From an uncultured Hyphomicrobiaceae bacterium (lineage in GTDB: Bacteria > Pseudomonadota > Alphaproteobacteria > Rhizobiales > Hyphomicrobiaceae): DNA of 64,000 bases. A model generated the notes under the pieces. It did no database searches. It was not told where the DNA came from and worked only from the letters and a program-made list of their open reading frames with translations. Each line of letters begins with the position of its first letter. The stretch's first letter is position 1. Location of the stretch: the NCBI GenBank assembly GCA_905480435.1, contig CAJQQK010000104.1, positions 5,523-69,522 on the forward strand. The letters are read 5' to 3'. The position numbers and the translations under genes were made by a program. Below are positions 9,989-20,006 of this stretch, piece by piece.

Positions 9989-10727
9989 GCCATTGCTGCG
10001 CGTACAAGGACTGCAAAAACGTTTTGGCGGCGTCCACGCAACCGACGACGTTAATCTCAATGTCATCCCCAGTGAGACACACGCGATTATTGGGCCAAAC
10101 GGTGCCGGCAAGACGACGTTGATCTCACAACTCTCCGGACAGATTCTACCTGACGCCGGCAAGATCCTTTTCGATAACCGAGACATCACCCGCCTGCCTG
10201 CCTACCAGCGCGCGCACGTCGGCATCGCGCGATCATTCCAGATTACTTCTTTGTTTATGGACATGACCGTGCAGGACAACGTCGCGTTGGCTGTTCAAGC
10301 CCATCAAGGCCATTCGTTCCGGCTGTGGCGCCCCGCGAGATCCGACGATCACCTGCGCGCACCAGCGCTTGAGCCGCTCAAGACTGTTGGCTTGCACGAA
10401 CGCGCCGATTGGACCGTATCCGAGCTATCGCATGGCGAACGCCGCCAGCTTGAAATGGCGATGGCGCTCGCAGTGGCCCCGAAACTGATGCTGCTTGACG
10501 AACCGATGGCTGGCATGGGGCATGAGGAATCGATGCAGATGGTCGACACGTTGAAATCGCTCGGAGACCAGACAATCCTGTTGATCGAGCACGACATGGA
10601 TGCCGTCTTCGCGCTTGCAGACCGGATATCCGTCCTCGTCTACGGACGGATCGTTGCCACCGGCACACCTGAAGAAATCCGATCCAACGATGAGGTGCGC
10701 CGCGCCTACCTCGGCGAGGCTGCGTGA
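9981..10727 (+). CDS. ABC transporter ATP-binding protein, LivG-like
   Basis: Walker A GPNGAGKTT, signature LSHGERRQLEMAMAL. Start MTEPLLRVQGLQKRFGG at 9981. Confidence 0.9.
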   Translation: MTEPLLRVQGLQKRFGGVHATDDVNLNVIPSETHAIIGPNGAGKTTLISQLSGQILPDAGKILFDNRDITRLPAYQRAHVGIARSFQITSLFMDMTVQDNVALAVQAHQGHSFRLWRPARSDDHLRAPALEPLKTVGLHERADWTVSELSHGERRQLEMAMALAVAPKLMLLDEPMAGMGHEESMQMVDTLKSLGDQTILLIEHDMDAVFALADRISVLVYGRIVATGTPEEIRSNDEVRRAYLGEAA

Positions 10728-11428
10728 TGCTGGACGTCAAAGACATCGAGACGTTCTACGGCAGCAGTCAGGCGCTGTTTGGCATGACATTGAACGTCCA
10801 AGCCGGCGAAGTCGTGACGCTGCTCGGGCGCAACGGGATGGGCAAGACAACCACCATCAGTTCGATCATGGGCATTTTGCAACCACGCAACGGCACAGTC
10901 ACTTTCAACACCACCGCGATTGCCGGTGCACCATCGCATCGCATCGCCAAGCTCGGACTTGGTCTGGTCCCCGAAGGTCGACAGGTCTTCCCAAATCTCA
11001 CCGTTCACGAGAATCTTGTCGCGACAGCCAGCAACCGGCGCGGCGATCCAACGCCATGGGATGCTGACCGCATCTACGCGCTCTTCCCTGCGCTACAGCC
11101 GCGCCAATCGTCGATGGGCAATCTACTATCCGGCGGCGAACAGCAGATGCTCGCCATTGGCCGGGCGCTTATGACCAACCCGAAACTGCTGATCCTCGAT
11201 GAAGCAACCGAGGGGCTGGCCCCGCTCACCCGCGAAGAAATCTGGGCCTGCCTGACGCGGATCAAAGACGACGGCATGTCGATCCTGATCGTTGACAAGA
11301 ATATTGCAGATCTCGTGCGGCTTGCCGATCGGCATTACGTCATCGAGAAAGGCCGGGTTGTATGGTCCGGCTCATCACCCGAGCTCTTGGCGAACCCAGA
11401 GATACAACATCGCTATCTCGGCGTCTGA
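10724..11428 (+). CDS. ABC transporter ATP-binding protein, LivF-like
   Basis: Walker A GRNGMGKTT, signature LSGGEQQMLAIGRAL. 4-nt overlap with the preceding gene. Confidence 0.9.
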   Translation: MMLDVKDIETFYGSSQALFGMTLNVQAGEVVTLLGRNGMGKTTTISSIMGILQPRNGTVTFNTTAIAGAPSHRIAKLGLGLVPEGRQVFPNLTVHENLVATASNRRGDPTPWDADRIYALFPALQPRQSSMGNLLSGGEQQMLAIGRALMTNPKLLILDEATEGLAPLTREEIWACLTRIKDDGMSILIVDKNIADLVRLADRHYVIEKGRVVWSGSSPELLANPEIQHRYLGV

Positions 11429-12654
11429 CCGGATAAACCTGACTGCTGCATCGTCGCTTCTGTCTCGCTTTCAATGCGACCGAGATAAAGACCCGCGAGC
11501 GCCGTCAAAGCAGCCATGGGCAGCAGATAATAGAGTGACCAACTCCAATTTCCGCCGCCAACGCTGACGAGATATGTCGCGAGCGCTGGCCCGACAAATT
11601 GACCGATCGCTACCCCTTGCAGCATGAGCCCATTGACGGTTGAGATATGCGCCGGGCTTGGTGCGTGATGGCGCACGCCGGCAAACAGTGCCCCCGGAAT
11701 GAGGCCGCCAAAACACGAGAAACAAACCGCCCACGCCAATCTCGCTTCCACCGGCAACACATCACTCATGACCATGCAAGCCCCGCCGGCCATCGCTACC
11801 GCCGCAACCAAAATCAGTGTTGCCCGGCGAAAGCCTTTATCCAGCAGCAATCCGGCTGCGACATTGCCGATCGCGTTGATCATCATCACCCCTGCTGCGA
11901 CAGCTGCCGCCATCGGCAGCGACCAACTTGCTTCCTCGACCAGGATGAGCGGCACGAAAGCCGTGAGTGCGAGATACTGCCCCGAGTAACAGCCGAATGT
12001 GACGGCTAACATGACCGGCCCGCGGGCCCGCGCGGTCGTGGCAATTGTTTTCGCAATCGCCTTACTGGGTGCCGCCTTGTCCCGGCGCGGGGGACGCGGC
12101 GCTGCCCACAACAGCACCGCCAGCATAGCGGCCTGCGCGCCTGTAATCATCAGCCACAACCCTCGCCAACCAATTTCGGCGATGACAACACCACCGATCA
12201 GCAGTATGAGTCCTGCCCCAAATGGCAGATAGCCGCCCCAGAGCCCCATCGCGGATTGACGACGCCTGCCGTCCGAAAGCTGGATGACCAGCCCTGGCAG
12301 CGAGACCGACATCATGAAGAAGCCAATGCCTTCAACCGCACGGCCGACCAGCAACTGCATCGGGTCTGCAGCTAACGCACCACCAATGCCCCCCACAACC
12401 GAAACGACAATCCCGGCAATGGCCGTCCGGCGCAGTCCGGATGTCTCTGCGAGCGCACCGATCAACACACCACCCAATGCCGCCACCAACGACATCATTG
12501 ACACCAACAGGCCTGCTTCAAACAGCGTCAGATTCATCTCGTTGCGCAAAACGGGCAACGCCGCTGGCACCTTGCCGACCAGAAATGCAGCGGAAACGCC
12601 GACAGTAAAAACCGCGAACACGCGTGGCCAGCTATGCTGTTCTGCGTCACTCAT
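11413..12654 (-). CDS. MFS transporter
   Basis: About 413-aa protein with roughly 12 hydrophobic segments. ATG at 12654 about 10 nt after GAGG; alternative GTG at 12669. Confidence 0.8.
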   Translation of the reverse strand: MSDAEQHSWPRVFAVFTVGVSAAFLVGKVPAALPVLRNEMNLTLFEAGLLVSMMSLVAALGGVLIGALAETSGLRRTAIAGIVVSVVGGIGGALAADPMQLLVGRAVEGIGFFMMSVSLPGLVIQLSDGRRRQSAMGLWGGYLPFGAGLILLIGGVVIAEIGWRGLWLMITGAQAAMLAVLLWAAPRPPRRDKAAPSKAIAKTIATTARARGPVMLAVTFGCYSGQYLALTAFVPLILVEEASWSLPMAAAVAAGVMMINAIGNVAAGLLLDKGFRRATLILVAAVAMAGGACMVMSDVLPVEARLAWAVCFSCFGGLIPGALFAGVRHHAPSPAHISTVNGLMLQGVAIGQFVGPALATYLVSVGGGNWSWSLYYLLPMAALTALAGLYLGRIESETEATMQQSGLSGQTPR

Positions 12655-12768
12655 GCCGACCGGCCTCACAACTTATTGCTATGATCGATTTAGGAATCTC
12701 ACAGCTGTCAAATGGCATGACAAGAGACGCAAATCCTAGACGCTGACTAGTCCTTAATTCACCCAGGT

Positions 12769-14055
12769 TCAAGCCACACGACTAAGTGGCACGACATAGG
12801 GCCCCTCCGGAATAATCGCGACATCCGGATCGCCGTGTTTTGCGATACTGGCCGAGATGGCAGCTGACAGATCAGTCACACGCGCTACACCGGTCACGCT
12901 GAAATCATCCGGGCTCAGTCCATCTGTAAACAGCTGAACGGTGCCAACGCGCATCGGCTTCAGCTGCATCTCGGTTTGCCACTCATCGACATCAGCAAAG
13001 CTCTTGGCGAGCAGCGTATCCAAAAACGCATCCGGCCCGAGCCGCACAAGTTTCTCTTGCGACGCCCGAAAATGATCCGAGCCAATGCCTTCGGCACACT
13101 GCGATGCGACGATCAGCGTGCCGCCCGGCTCCAGAATATCCAGCGGCGTGACCATCCCTTTGACCGTCTGATAGTAGGTCTGATCCAGCGGATAACCAGC
13201 AGCCGACGTCACAACCGTCTTGAACCGACGCCCGACGGGGATCTCGGTAAAGTCTTTGACAAACGCGACGGCTGCAAGATGGCTTTCAATGATCTCGCCA
13301 AACGACGTGAACACCAACCGACGCTTGTCATCGATCACAGTATTGAGCGCGTAAACCTCACCGAGCATGCGGATGATTTCGAGCTGCTCTTCATGCAGCG
13401 GGTTCGCCGCCAGATTGCATTCGCGCGCAGCCGGGTCTTCCATAAACCGCGCCGAGTGGAATGTGCGTATCGTCTCATGGTGCGCGACGCCTGGCGCCAC
13501 AACTTTGCGCCCGCCGGAATATCCGGCCATGAAGTGTGGCTCGACCAAGCCCGTTGCAATTCGCAAATCAGCCTCGACAAACCGCTTATCAAGCTTGACC
13601 GGCACTCCCCGTCCGACCGTTGTTCCAAGATCAACATGATCGTCATCATTCATGGCAAAATGGTTTTCAACGCGGACATTTTCGAGCACCCACGGATCAC
13701 CAACCAGCTCGACCAACTCATTGCCTTCGTTCGGACGATGCAGCCCCGTCGCCACCAGCACCGAAATTTTCTCTTTCGCGATACCAGACGCCATCATCTG
13801 TTCTATCATCGGGCGCAGGAACAACCCATTCGGCACCGGCCTCGTAATGTCGCAAATCAAAATGCAGGCCGAAGACCGGCCCTTTGCCAGTTCCCTGAGC
13901 GGCGGGCAGCCCATCGGCACGTCAAATGCGGACGTGATCTGCTGCAATGGGTCGGCGATGCTTGGAAACGCCGGTTTCTCGATCAGATGAACTCGGGCAT
14001 CATCCGGCACGTCGCACGTCAGGCCATCGCGGCCATACAGCAGTTCAACTTTCAT
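12769..14055 (-). CDS. larA: LarA-family nickel-pincer-cofactor-dependent 2-hydroxyacid racemase/epimerase homolog, substrate unknown
   Basis: MKVELLYGRDGL... with the motifs ATGLHRP, EPHFMAGYSGGRK and a following HH. As I recall, these correspond to the catalytic His and NPN-tethering Lys regions of lactate racemase. ATG 14055 after AGGAAAG. Confidence 0.85.
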   Translation of the reverse strand: MKVELLYGRDGLTCDVPDDARVHLIEKPAFPSIADPLQQITSAFDVPMGCPPLRELAKGRSSACILICDITRPVPNGLFLRPMIEQMMASGIAKEKISVLVATGLHRPNEGNELVELVGDPWVLENVRVENHFAMNDDDHVDLGTTVGRGVPVKLDKRFVEADLRIATGLVEPHFMAGYSGGRKVVAPGVAHHETIRTFHSARFMEDPAARECNLAANPLHEEQLEIIRMLGEVYALNTVIDDKRRLVFTSFGEIIESHLAAVAFVKDFTEIPVGRRFKTVVTSAAGYPLDQTYYQTVKGMVTPLDILEPGGTLIVASQCAEGIGSDHFRASQEKLVRLGPDAFLDTLLAKSFADVDEWQTEMQLKPMRVGTVQLFTDGLSPDDFSVTGVARVTDLSAAISASIAKHGDPDVAIIPEGPYVVPLSRVA

Positions 14056-14198
14056 GACAGTACTTTCCTGCTTGGTGCGCAACTCAATGGAGTGATCACG
14101 ACCCTAACACTTTTGGATAGCGAGACGACATCAAGATTGCCACTGCACACGGGCGATCGCGAATGGCCAGCAGCAGGTGCCGCGATCCAACCTGGGTG

Positions 14199-15761
14199 CT
14201 AACCAACGTTGCGCTCGTGCCCTTCCCAATGCGGCGCCCGCAACTCGAACTTTTGAATTTTACCTGCACCTGACTTTGGCAACGGCTCATTGCGGATTTC
14301 AACGGAGCGCGGACACTTAAAACCGGCGATACGCTCCCGGCAATGCGCAATGATCGCGTCAGCATCCGGCACCGCACCATCGCGCGGCACCGCAATCGCG
14401 TGCACCGCCTCGCCCCACTGATCATCAGGGATACCGATCACGGCACACTCAGCCAGCCCCGGATACTGCATCACGGCATTTTCAACCTCTGCTGAATAAA
14501 CATTCTCGGCGCCAGTGATGATCATGTCCTTCACACGGTCGACAATGTAGATGAAGCCGTCTTCATCCATGTAGCCGCCATCGCCGGTGTGGATCCAGCC
14601 GTCTTTCATGGTCTCAGCGGTCTGCTCGGGCTTATTCCAATAGCCAGCCATATTGTTGGCGCCACGCGCGCGCACCTCACCGACAGTGCCACGCGGCACT
14701 TCGCGGCCTTCGTCATCAACAACTTCGACTTCGGTGGCGATAACCGGCAAACCAACAGATTGGATTTTCGATGCCTTCGGCCCTTCCAGCACATGGTACT
14801 CTGCGCCCAGCAACGTCACGAACGGCGCCAACTCGGTTTGGCCGTAGGCATGAATGAATTTCGTCTCGGGCATCTTTGCCATCGCCTCAGTGAGGATTGC
14901 TTGCGAGATCGGCGAAGCGCCATACACCATGCGCGTCAAGCGGCGCGTATCTGTGCTCTCCAGATCAGGGTTCTGCAGCAGCATGCCAATCATCGTTGGC
15001 ACCAGCAGCGAAATCGTTGGCCGGCGCTTTTCTAGCGCACGCAGGTAAGCGGATGCCTCGAAGCCCGGAATAATCGCATGTGATCCGCCAAAGGTGGTCA
15101 CTGCAAACAGCATCGCGCTGCCAGCAATATGAAACAGCGGCGCTGCCTGCAGGTTTCGATCCGTTGCAGATAGAGCCGCCGCGCCCGCACCAAAACTCAT
15201 CGCGCTCGACCAGATCGCTCGATGAGGCAGCATGACTCCCTTTGGGAAACCGGTCGTGCCACCGGTATAGAAGATGCCTGCGAGACCCTCACCGTTACGA
15301 AAGGCATCGCCAGCCGGTTGCGCATTGTCGATCAAGTCATCGAAACTGAGCATGCCAGCCGGCGCCGATTTCCCGCCTGCGTAAATGATGAACTCTATGG
15401 AAGAGCATTGTTTGGCAATTTCGGGCGCGATCTCGGCAAAATTGTCGTCAACGATCAAAAACCGCGCACCGGAATCATTGATCGAATAAATATGCTCCGG
15501 CACCGCCCAGCGGATGTTCATGGGCACAACGAGACCGCCAACCCAGAATGTGCCGTAATAGTAAATCGCATAGCGGTCTGAATTGAACGAAAGCATCGCG
15601 ACCCGATCTTCCGTTTTGAGACCAAGCTCATGCAGCCCGCCCGCCAAGCGTGCAACACAGTCTTGAAACTGGGCGTGGGTCAGGCTTCGCTCATCAGAAA
15701 CGAATGCGGCTTCATCGGGCGTCAATTTGGCGGCTCGACGCACGCCTTGTGTCATGTACAT
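14199..15761 (-). CDS. AMP-forming acyl-CoA synthetase (class I adenylate-forming enzyme)
   Basis: AMP-binding motif YTGGTTGFPKGV; C-terminal GKIQKFELR. Confidence 0.85.
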   Translation of the reverse strand: MYMTQGVRRAAKLTPDEAAFVSDERSLTHAQFQDCVARLAGGLHELGLKTEDRVAMLSFNSDRYAIYYYGTFWVGGLVVPMNIRWAVPEHIYSINDSGARFLIVDDNFAEIAPEIAKQCSSIEFIIYAGGKSAPAGMLSFDDLIDNAQPAGDAFRNGEGLAGIFYTGGTTGFPKGVMLPHRAIWSSAMSFGAGAAALSATDRNLQAAPLFHIAGSAMLFAVTTFGGSHAIIPGFEASAYLRALEKRRPTISLLVPTMIGMLLQNPDLESTDTRRLTRMVYGASPISQAILTEAMAKMPETKFIHAYGQTELAPFVTLLGAEYHVLEGPKASKIQSVGLPVIATEVEVVDDEGREVPRGTVGEVRARGANNMAGYWNKPEQTAETMKDGWIHTGDGGYMDEDGFIYIVDRVKDMIITGAENVYSAEVENAVMQYPGLAECAVIGIPDDQWGEAVHAIAVPRDGAVPDADAIIAHCRERIAGFKCPRSVEIRNEPLPKSGAGKIQKFELRAPHWEGHERNVG

Positions 15762-15857
15762 CGATGCCGCCCCACCCTTTTTCTACTAGTCCATTCTGCC
15801 CGGCGACAATTACAATATCGAGCAACCGGCCCGGGTCAAGCTGGCTTGCAGAACGCA

Positions 15858-17051
15858 CTATCCAGCGGTTTGCAAGCGCGCCAAAGGTCGGTCGCTGATC
15901 GGCCAATGGAACGCGGCCGATATCAACCCCAACGCAATTGAGATCATCCACATCAGATCGTACGAACCAGTTACATCGTATATGCGTCCGCCAAGCCAGG
16001 CGCCGGTAAATCCACCCAACTGGTGGCTCATGAAAACGATCCCGAATAGAAACGAGAAATGCGCTGGCCCGAACACCTGAGCAACAATGCCGCTCGTCAG
16101 CGGCACGGTGCTGAGCCAGACCAATCCCAAGCACGCACCAAATGCGATCGCCGTCACATCGGTCAACGGCATGATCAACATCACTGTCATTAATGCGGCA
16201 CGTAGCAGATAGATCACTGTCAGCACGCTTTTCTTGCTGTAGCGGTCGCCAAGCGCACCAAACAAATAAGCCCCCAGAACATTGAAGAGCCCAATCACAC
16301 CAAACGCATACGAGGCGGCCGCTGGTGACACATTATTGTCTGACAGGTAAGCCGGGAAATGCGTGCCAATAAACGTCACGTGAAAACCGCAAACGAAGAA
16401 GCCCATTGTCAAAAGCAAATAACCGCGATGGCGCAAGGCTTCACGGGCTGCATCACGCGCCGACTGCTTAGCCCCACCGCCTGCAGCAACTGGTGGAACG
16501 CGCAAGCCAAGAGCAAACAGCGGTGCCAGCATGATGAGCATCGCCATCGCAACCATGGTTGGGCGCCAACCGACCTGATCCAGGAACTGCTGTGCTGCTG
16601 GCACGAAGAAGAACATGCCCAATGAGCCAGAGGCGATGACAGTACCAAAGACGATGCCGCGCCGCTCGCTTGGCACAACCTTGCCAATCGCGCCGAGCAC
16701 AATGACATTGGTCGCGCCGCTGAGCCCCAGTCCAACCATCAGACCCAGTGAGATATAAAGATCGAGGGCGCTGGCCGCCAAGCTCGTCAGCCACAACCCG
16801 GCACCATAAACCAGGGCACCGACGGTGATAACGCGCAACGCGCCGTATCTGTCTGCCAACAAACCCGCGATCGGTTGGAACGCACCATACAGCAGCGCCT
16901 GCAGTGCGATCACCAGACCGAACGTTTCGCGGCCGATACCAAGGTCAAGCGAGATGGGTCGCAGAAAGACGCCAAAACTCATGCGCAAGCCATTGCCGAC
17001 AAGCACGACCGCGACGCCGCACAGCAGCATAATCCATAAACGGCGTGTCAC
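15858..17051 (-). CDS. MFS transporter
   Basis: 397-aa polytopic protein with an MFS-like loop (ADRYGALRV). Confidence 0.8.
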   Translation of the reverse strand: MTRRLWIMLLCGVAVVLVGNGLRMSFGVFLRPISLDLGIGRETFGLVIALQALLYGAFQPIAGLLADRYGALRVITVGALVYGAGLWLTSLAASALDLYISLGLMVGLGLSGATNVIVLGAIGKVVPSERRGIVFGTVIASGSLGMFFFVPAAQQFLDQVGWRPTMVAMAMLIMLAPLFALGLRVPPVAAGGGAKQSARDAAREALRHRGYLLLTMGFFVCGFHVTFIGTHFPAYLSDNNVSPAAASYAFGVIGLFNVLGAYLFGALGDRYSKKSVLTVIYLLRAALMTVMLIMPLTDVTAIAFGACLGLVWLSTVPLTSGIVAQVFGPAHFSFLFGIVFMSHQLGGFTGAWLGGRIYDVTGSYDLMWMISIALGLISAAFHWPISDRPLARLQTAG

Positions 17052-17165
17052 TATCGTTCCCCCAATTCATATCGCTCTTGGCATAGGTCGTCCAAAAAGA
17101 CTGACCAGAAGACACTACTGGATGTCATCATTGATATGCAGCTTCACGGTGCCTCAACCAAGCCT

Positions 17166-17834
17166 TCAACCAAGCTTGGCTCTTCCGAGAATTCGCAATG
17201 CCGCACAGGCCGCGCCATAACCATTGTCGATATTGCAGACCGTCACTCCTGACGCGCACGAAACCAGGCTCGCTGCAAGCGCCGTCTCGCCGTTTCGTGC
17301 AGCGCCATAGCCCGTCGACGTCGGCACCGCGATCAGCGGTTGAGCGACAAGTCCGCCGAGCACGCTGACCAATGCTGCGTCCATACCGGCGACCGCAATG
17401 ATAACGTCATGCTGGCGGATCTCCTCAAGGCGCTCCATCAACCGCCAGAGGCCAGCGACACCGACATCGAAAATTGCCGTGGCATTGACGTCATTGAATG
17501 CGAGCGTGCGCAACACTTCGTGCGCCGCCCCTGCATCGGACGTACCAGCCGCCACGACTGCCACTTGTCTTCCCGCTGAACTGCCGCTCGCGACAAAATC
17601 GAAGAAAGCCGTCCCTGAAACCGGGTCATAGTCCAGTCGCTCAGCCAACTCAGGTCCGAGCTCGGCGTATTGCGTCGCGCTCAATCGGGTCAGCAACAGG
17701 GGGGCACCGGCATCGCCTGCCAGCTCAAGAATGCGCCCAATCTGAGCAACCGATTTCTGCTGACAGAAGATCGCCTCCCCAAAGCCGACGCGCTCACTGC
17801 GCATCAAATCGAGTTTGATTTCCTCGTCGGTCAT
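17166..17834 (-). CDS. larB: LarB, nickel-pincer cofactor biosynthesis carboxylase/hydrolase (PurE-like)
   Basis: VAVVAAGTSDAGAAHEV... IAVAGMDAALVSVLGGLV... PTSTGYGAA pattern typical of LarB. ATGA overlap with larE. Confidence 0.9.
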   Translation of the reverse strand: MTDEEIKLDLMRSERVGFGEAIFCQQKSVAQIGRILELAGDAGAPLLLTRLSATQYAELGPELAERLDYDPVSGTAFFDFVASGSSAGRQVAVVAAGTSDAGAAHEVLRTLAFNDVNATAIFDVGVAGLWRLMERLEEIRQHDVIIAVAGMDAALVSVLGGLVAQPLIAVPTSTGYGAARNGETALAASLVSCASGVTVCNIDNGYGAACAALRILGRAKLG

Positions 17835-18673
17835 GAAACGATATTTCTGTCGCCAACAAAGGCACTACCACGCTGATAGTCCGCCAGGGCTATGTTGACG
17901 TCTGCCAGACCATCAACTTGTTTTCTCAGGTCTTGCATCACATCCACACGGCGTGATCCAGTCAGACGCGCGTGCGTTTCAGCATCCAACTCGATCACCA
18001 TCCCAAGCCGACGCAGACGGCAGCGCACAACCTCTGGCGTAAGGTGTTCGCGACACCAAGCTTCAACGGCGTCAATCAGCACCAGATCTTTAGCCTCGAT
18101 CGGAATGCCGGTTTCCACCCGACTGGAGAGACACGGCGAAGATGGCAGAGCTGCATACTCGGCCAAACCCATTGCTGCCGCCAAAGCCCGCACGGCGTTC
18201 TTGTCGATGCCAGCTTCGACATAAGGATGCCGGACGTTGTGATTTCGCGCAGCCTCAAGCCCGGGTCTGTAATCACCGAGGTCATCGCAATTGGTGCCAG
18301 ACAATACTGTGCCTTCGGACATCGCACTCAACGTCCGGTACAGGTTTGATTTGCAGAAAAAACACCGATTGATCGGATTGGCACGATATTCAGGATCGGC
18401 AAACTCGCCAGCATCGACGACATCGAGATGCCAGCCTTCTCGGTGAGCCAAATCACGGATACGACCGGCAGCATCTCCCGGTACAGCCGGCGACGTGGCA
18501 TGCACCATGCGCACGACATCACTTCCGAGCTGGCGATGTGCGAAGCAGGCCAGCGTCATGGAATCGACACCGCCTGAAACCGCTATCGTGACAGGGCCTG
18601 TCGACGCAAGCACAGCGGCAAGGCGCTCAGAGTGTGATGTCACGATACCCTCCGAGACTGTTTCATTCATCAT
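17831..18673 (-). CDS. larE: LarE, ATP-dependent sacrificial sulfur transferase (PP-loop ATPase)
   Basis: PP-loop AVSGGVDSMTLA. Position between larC and larB. Confidence 0.9.
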   Translation of the reverse strand: MMNETVSEGIVTSHSERLAAVLASTGPVTIAVSGGVDSMTLACFAHRQLGSDVVRMVHATSPAVPGDAAGRIRDLAHREGWHLDVVDAGEFADPEYRANPINRCFFCKSNLYRTLSAMSEGTVLSGTNCDDLGDYRPGLEAARNHNVRHPYVEAGIDKNAVRALAAAMGLAEYAALPSSPCLSSRVETGIPIEAKDLVLIDAVEAWCREHLTPEVVRCRLRRLGMVIELDAETHARLTGSRRVDVMQDLRKQVDGLADVNIALADYQRGSAFVGDRNIVS

Positions 18674-19994
18674 CTTGATCTGGGTCTAGCACAGATCTTT
18701 CTGCGCGTCCGCGTGCCCGCTGACGTCCGGCGTGGGTTGCAATACCCGACAGATCATCCGCCTCTGCCTTGGCGGTCATGCCAGACGGACGGCTGGCAAG
18801 CTTCACGTGAATGTCATCCGAACTGGTGATTTTGCGCTCCACGGTGTCGCGAGCAGCAATCGCCCGTCGCACACCGAGCGTCGTCGTTTCATCAAGTATC
18901 AGGCGGGCAACTTCCGAGCCGCCGTCTTGCCGGACCAGCACCTGAATGGCGATCGCCATGCGGCCCTTCTTGGCAAACACCGGCCATTGACAGACATCGA
19001 GCACGCCATCGCTGTCCCGGATATTATCGAGCGCGATGGCGAGATCCTCCGGCGTCTGGTCGTCAATCTCGCAGCGCAGAACTTCGACGACATCCGCGGC
19101 CGTCTCAACTGATGCCGGCGCGGCAGTATAGAGCGTGGCACGCAAGATGTTGCTGCGCCGTTTCAAGCGTTTGGTGCCAAATCCCGTGCCTGTTGTCAGC
19201 AATTGACGCGGCATCAAATCAGCCGACTGCGAAGGCGCCAGATAGCTCAGGATCGCGGCGCCGGTTGGCGTGATGCGCTCGCCGTCCTCGCCGTCATCGT
19301 GCAGGGCATAGCCCTTTAGGAGTTCCACCGTCGCCGGTGCCGGCAGCGGCAGCATTCCATGCGCCGACTTGACCAATCCACGCCCACGCGGCAATGACCC
19401 GACCGACCATTTGGCATTCGGAAATTGCGCAATGATGGCGGCAGCCGCAACGATATCAACGATCGAGTCCCACGCACCAACCTCGTGGAACGACACATCA
19501 TCGACGGCTATTCCATGCACCGCAGCTTCGGCGATCGCCAACCGGGTGAAGATCCCAATGGCGGCCTCACGCTCGCCGTCCGATAAGTGGGCAGCCTCAA
19601 TGCGTTGTCTGATCTGCCGCCACGGATGATGCCCCGCGCCGTCCCCCGGTCCGTGTTCATGATGATCGTGCGCATGGGAGTGGTCGTGGGAGTGGTCGTG
19701 CTCATGTTTATGATCGTTGCCAGATGCGTCGTCGTGCCCCGCATGATCATGATGCTCTTCGACGCCTGCGACGTGAAACTGTCGGCCTGTCAAAACCCCA
19801 TCGGTGTACTCGGCAACCGACGCCTGCACCTGAGCCGGCGGCGACATCGCCGCGATAGCACGTTGACAGACCGACCAAGTCGTCGGCAGCGCGTCGAGCA
19901 AGGACGCGACAAACATGTCGCCGGCGATCCCGCCAACAGCATCCAGATGAATTGCGGTCACCGATTTTACAGATGGTTCCTCAATGTCCGCCAC
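18663..19994 (-). CDS. larC: LarC, nickel insertion (CTP-dependent cyclometallase) protein, single ORF
   Basis: N-terminus IHLDAVGGIAGDMF (DUF111-type) and a His/Asp-rich tract, HHDHAGHDDASGNDHKHEHDHSHDHSHAHDHHEH. 11-nt overlap with larE. Confidence 0.9.
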   Translation of the reverse strand: MADIEEPSVKSVTAIHLDAVGGIAGDMFVASLLDALPTTWSVCQRAIAAMSPPAQVQASVAEYTDGVLTGRQFHVAGVEEHHDHAGHDDASGNDHKHEHDHSHDHSHAHDHHEHGPGDGAGHHPWRQIRQRIEAAHLSDGEREAAIGIFTRLAIAEAAVHGIAVDDVSFHEVGAWDSIVDIVAAAAIIAQFPNAKWSVGSLPRGRGLVKSAHGMLPLPAPATVELLKGYALHDDGEDGERITPTGAAILSYLAPSQSADLMPRQLLTTGTGFGTKRLKRRSNILRATLYTAAPASVETAADVVEVLRCEIDDQTPEDLAIALDNIRDSDGVLDVCQWPVFAKKGRMAIAIQVLVRQDGGSEVARLILDETTTLGVRRAIAARDTVERKITSSDDIHVKLASRPSGMTAKAEADDLSGIATHAGRQRARGRAERSVLDPDQDDE

Positions 19995-20006
19995 GCACGC
20001 TCCTGC

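Noticed and set aside
18663-19994. Split or frameshifted LarC (LarC1/LarC2) as reported for Lactiplantibacillus.
   Set aside because: Here a single uninterrupted 443-aa ORF covers both parts, so no frameshift is needed.
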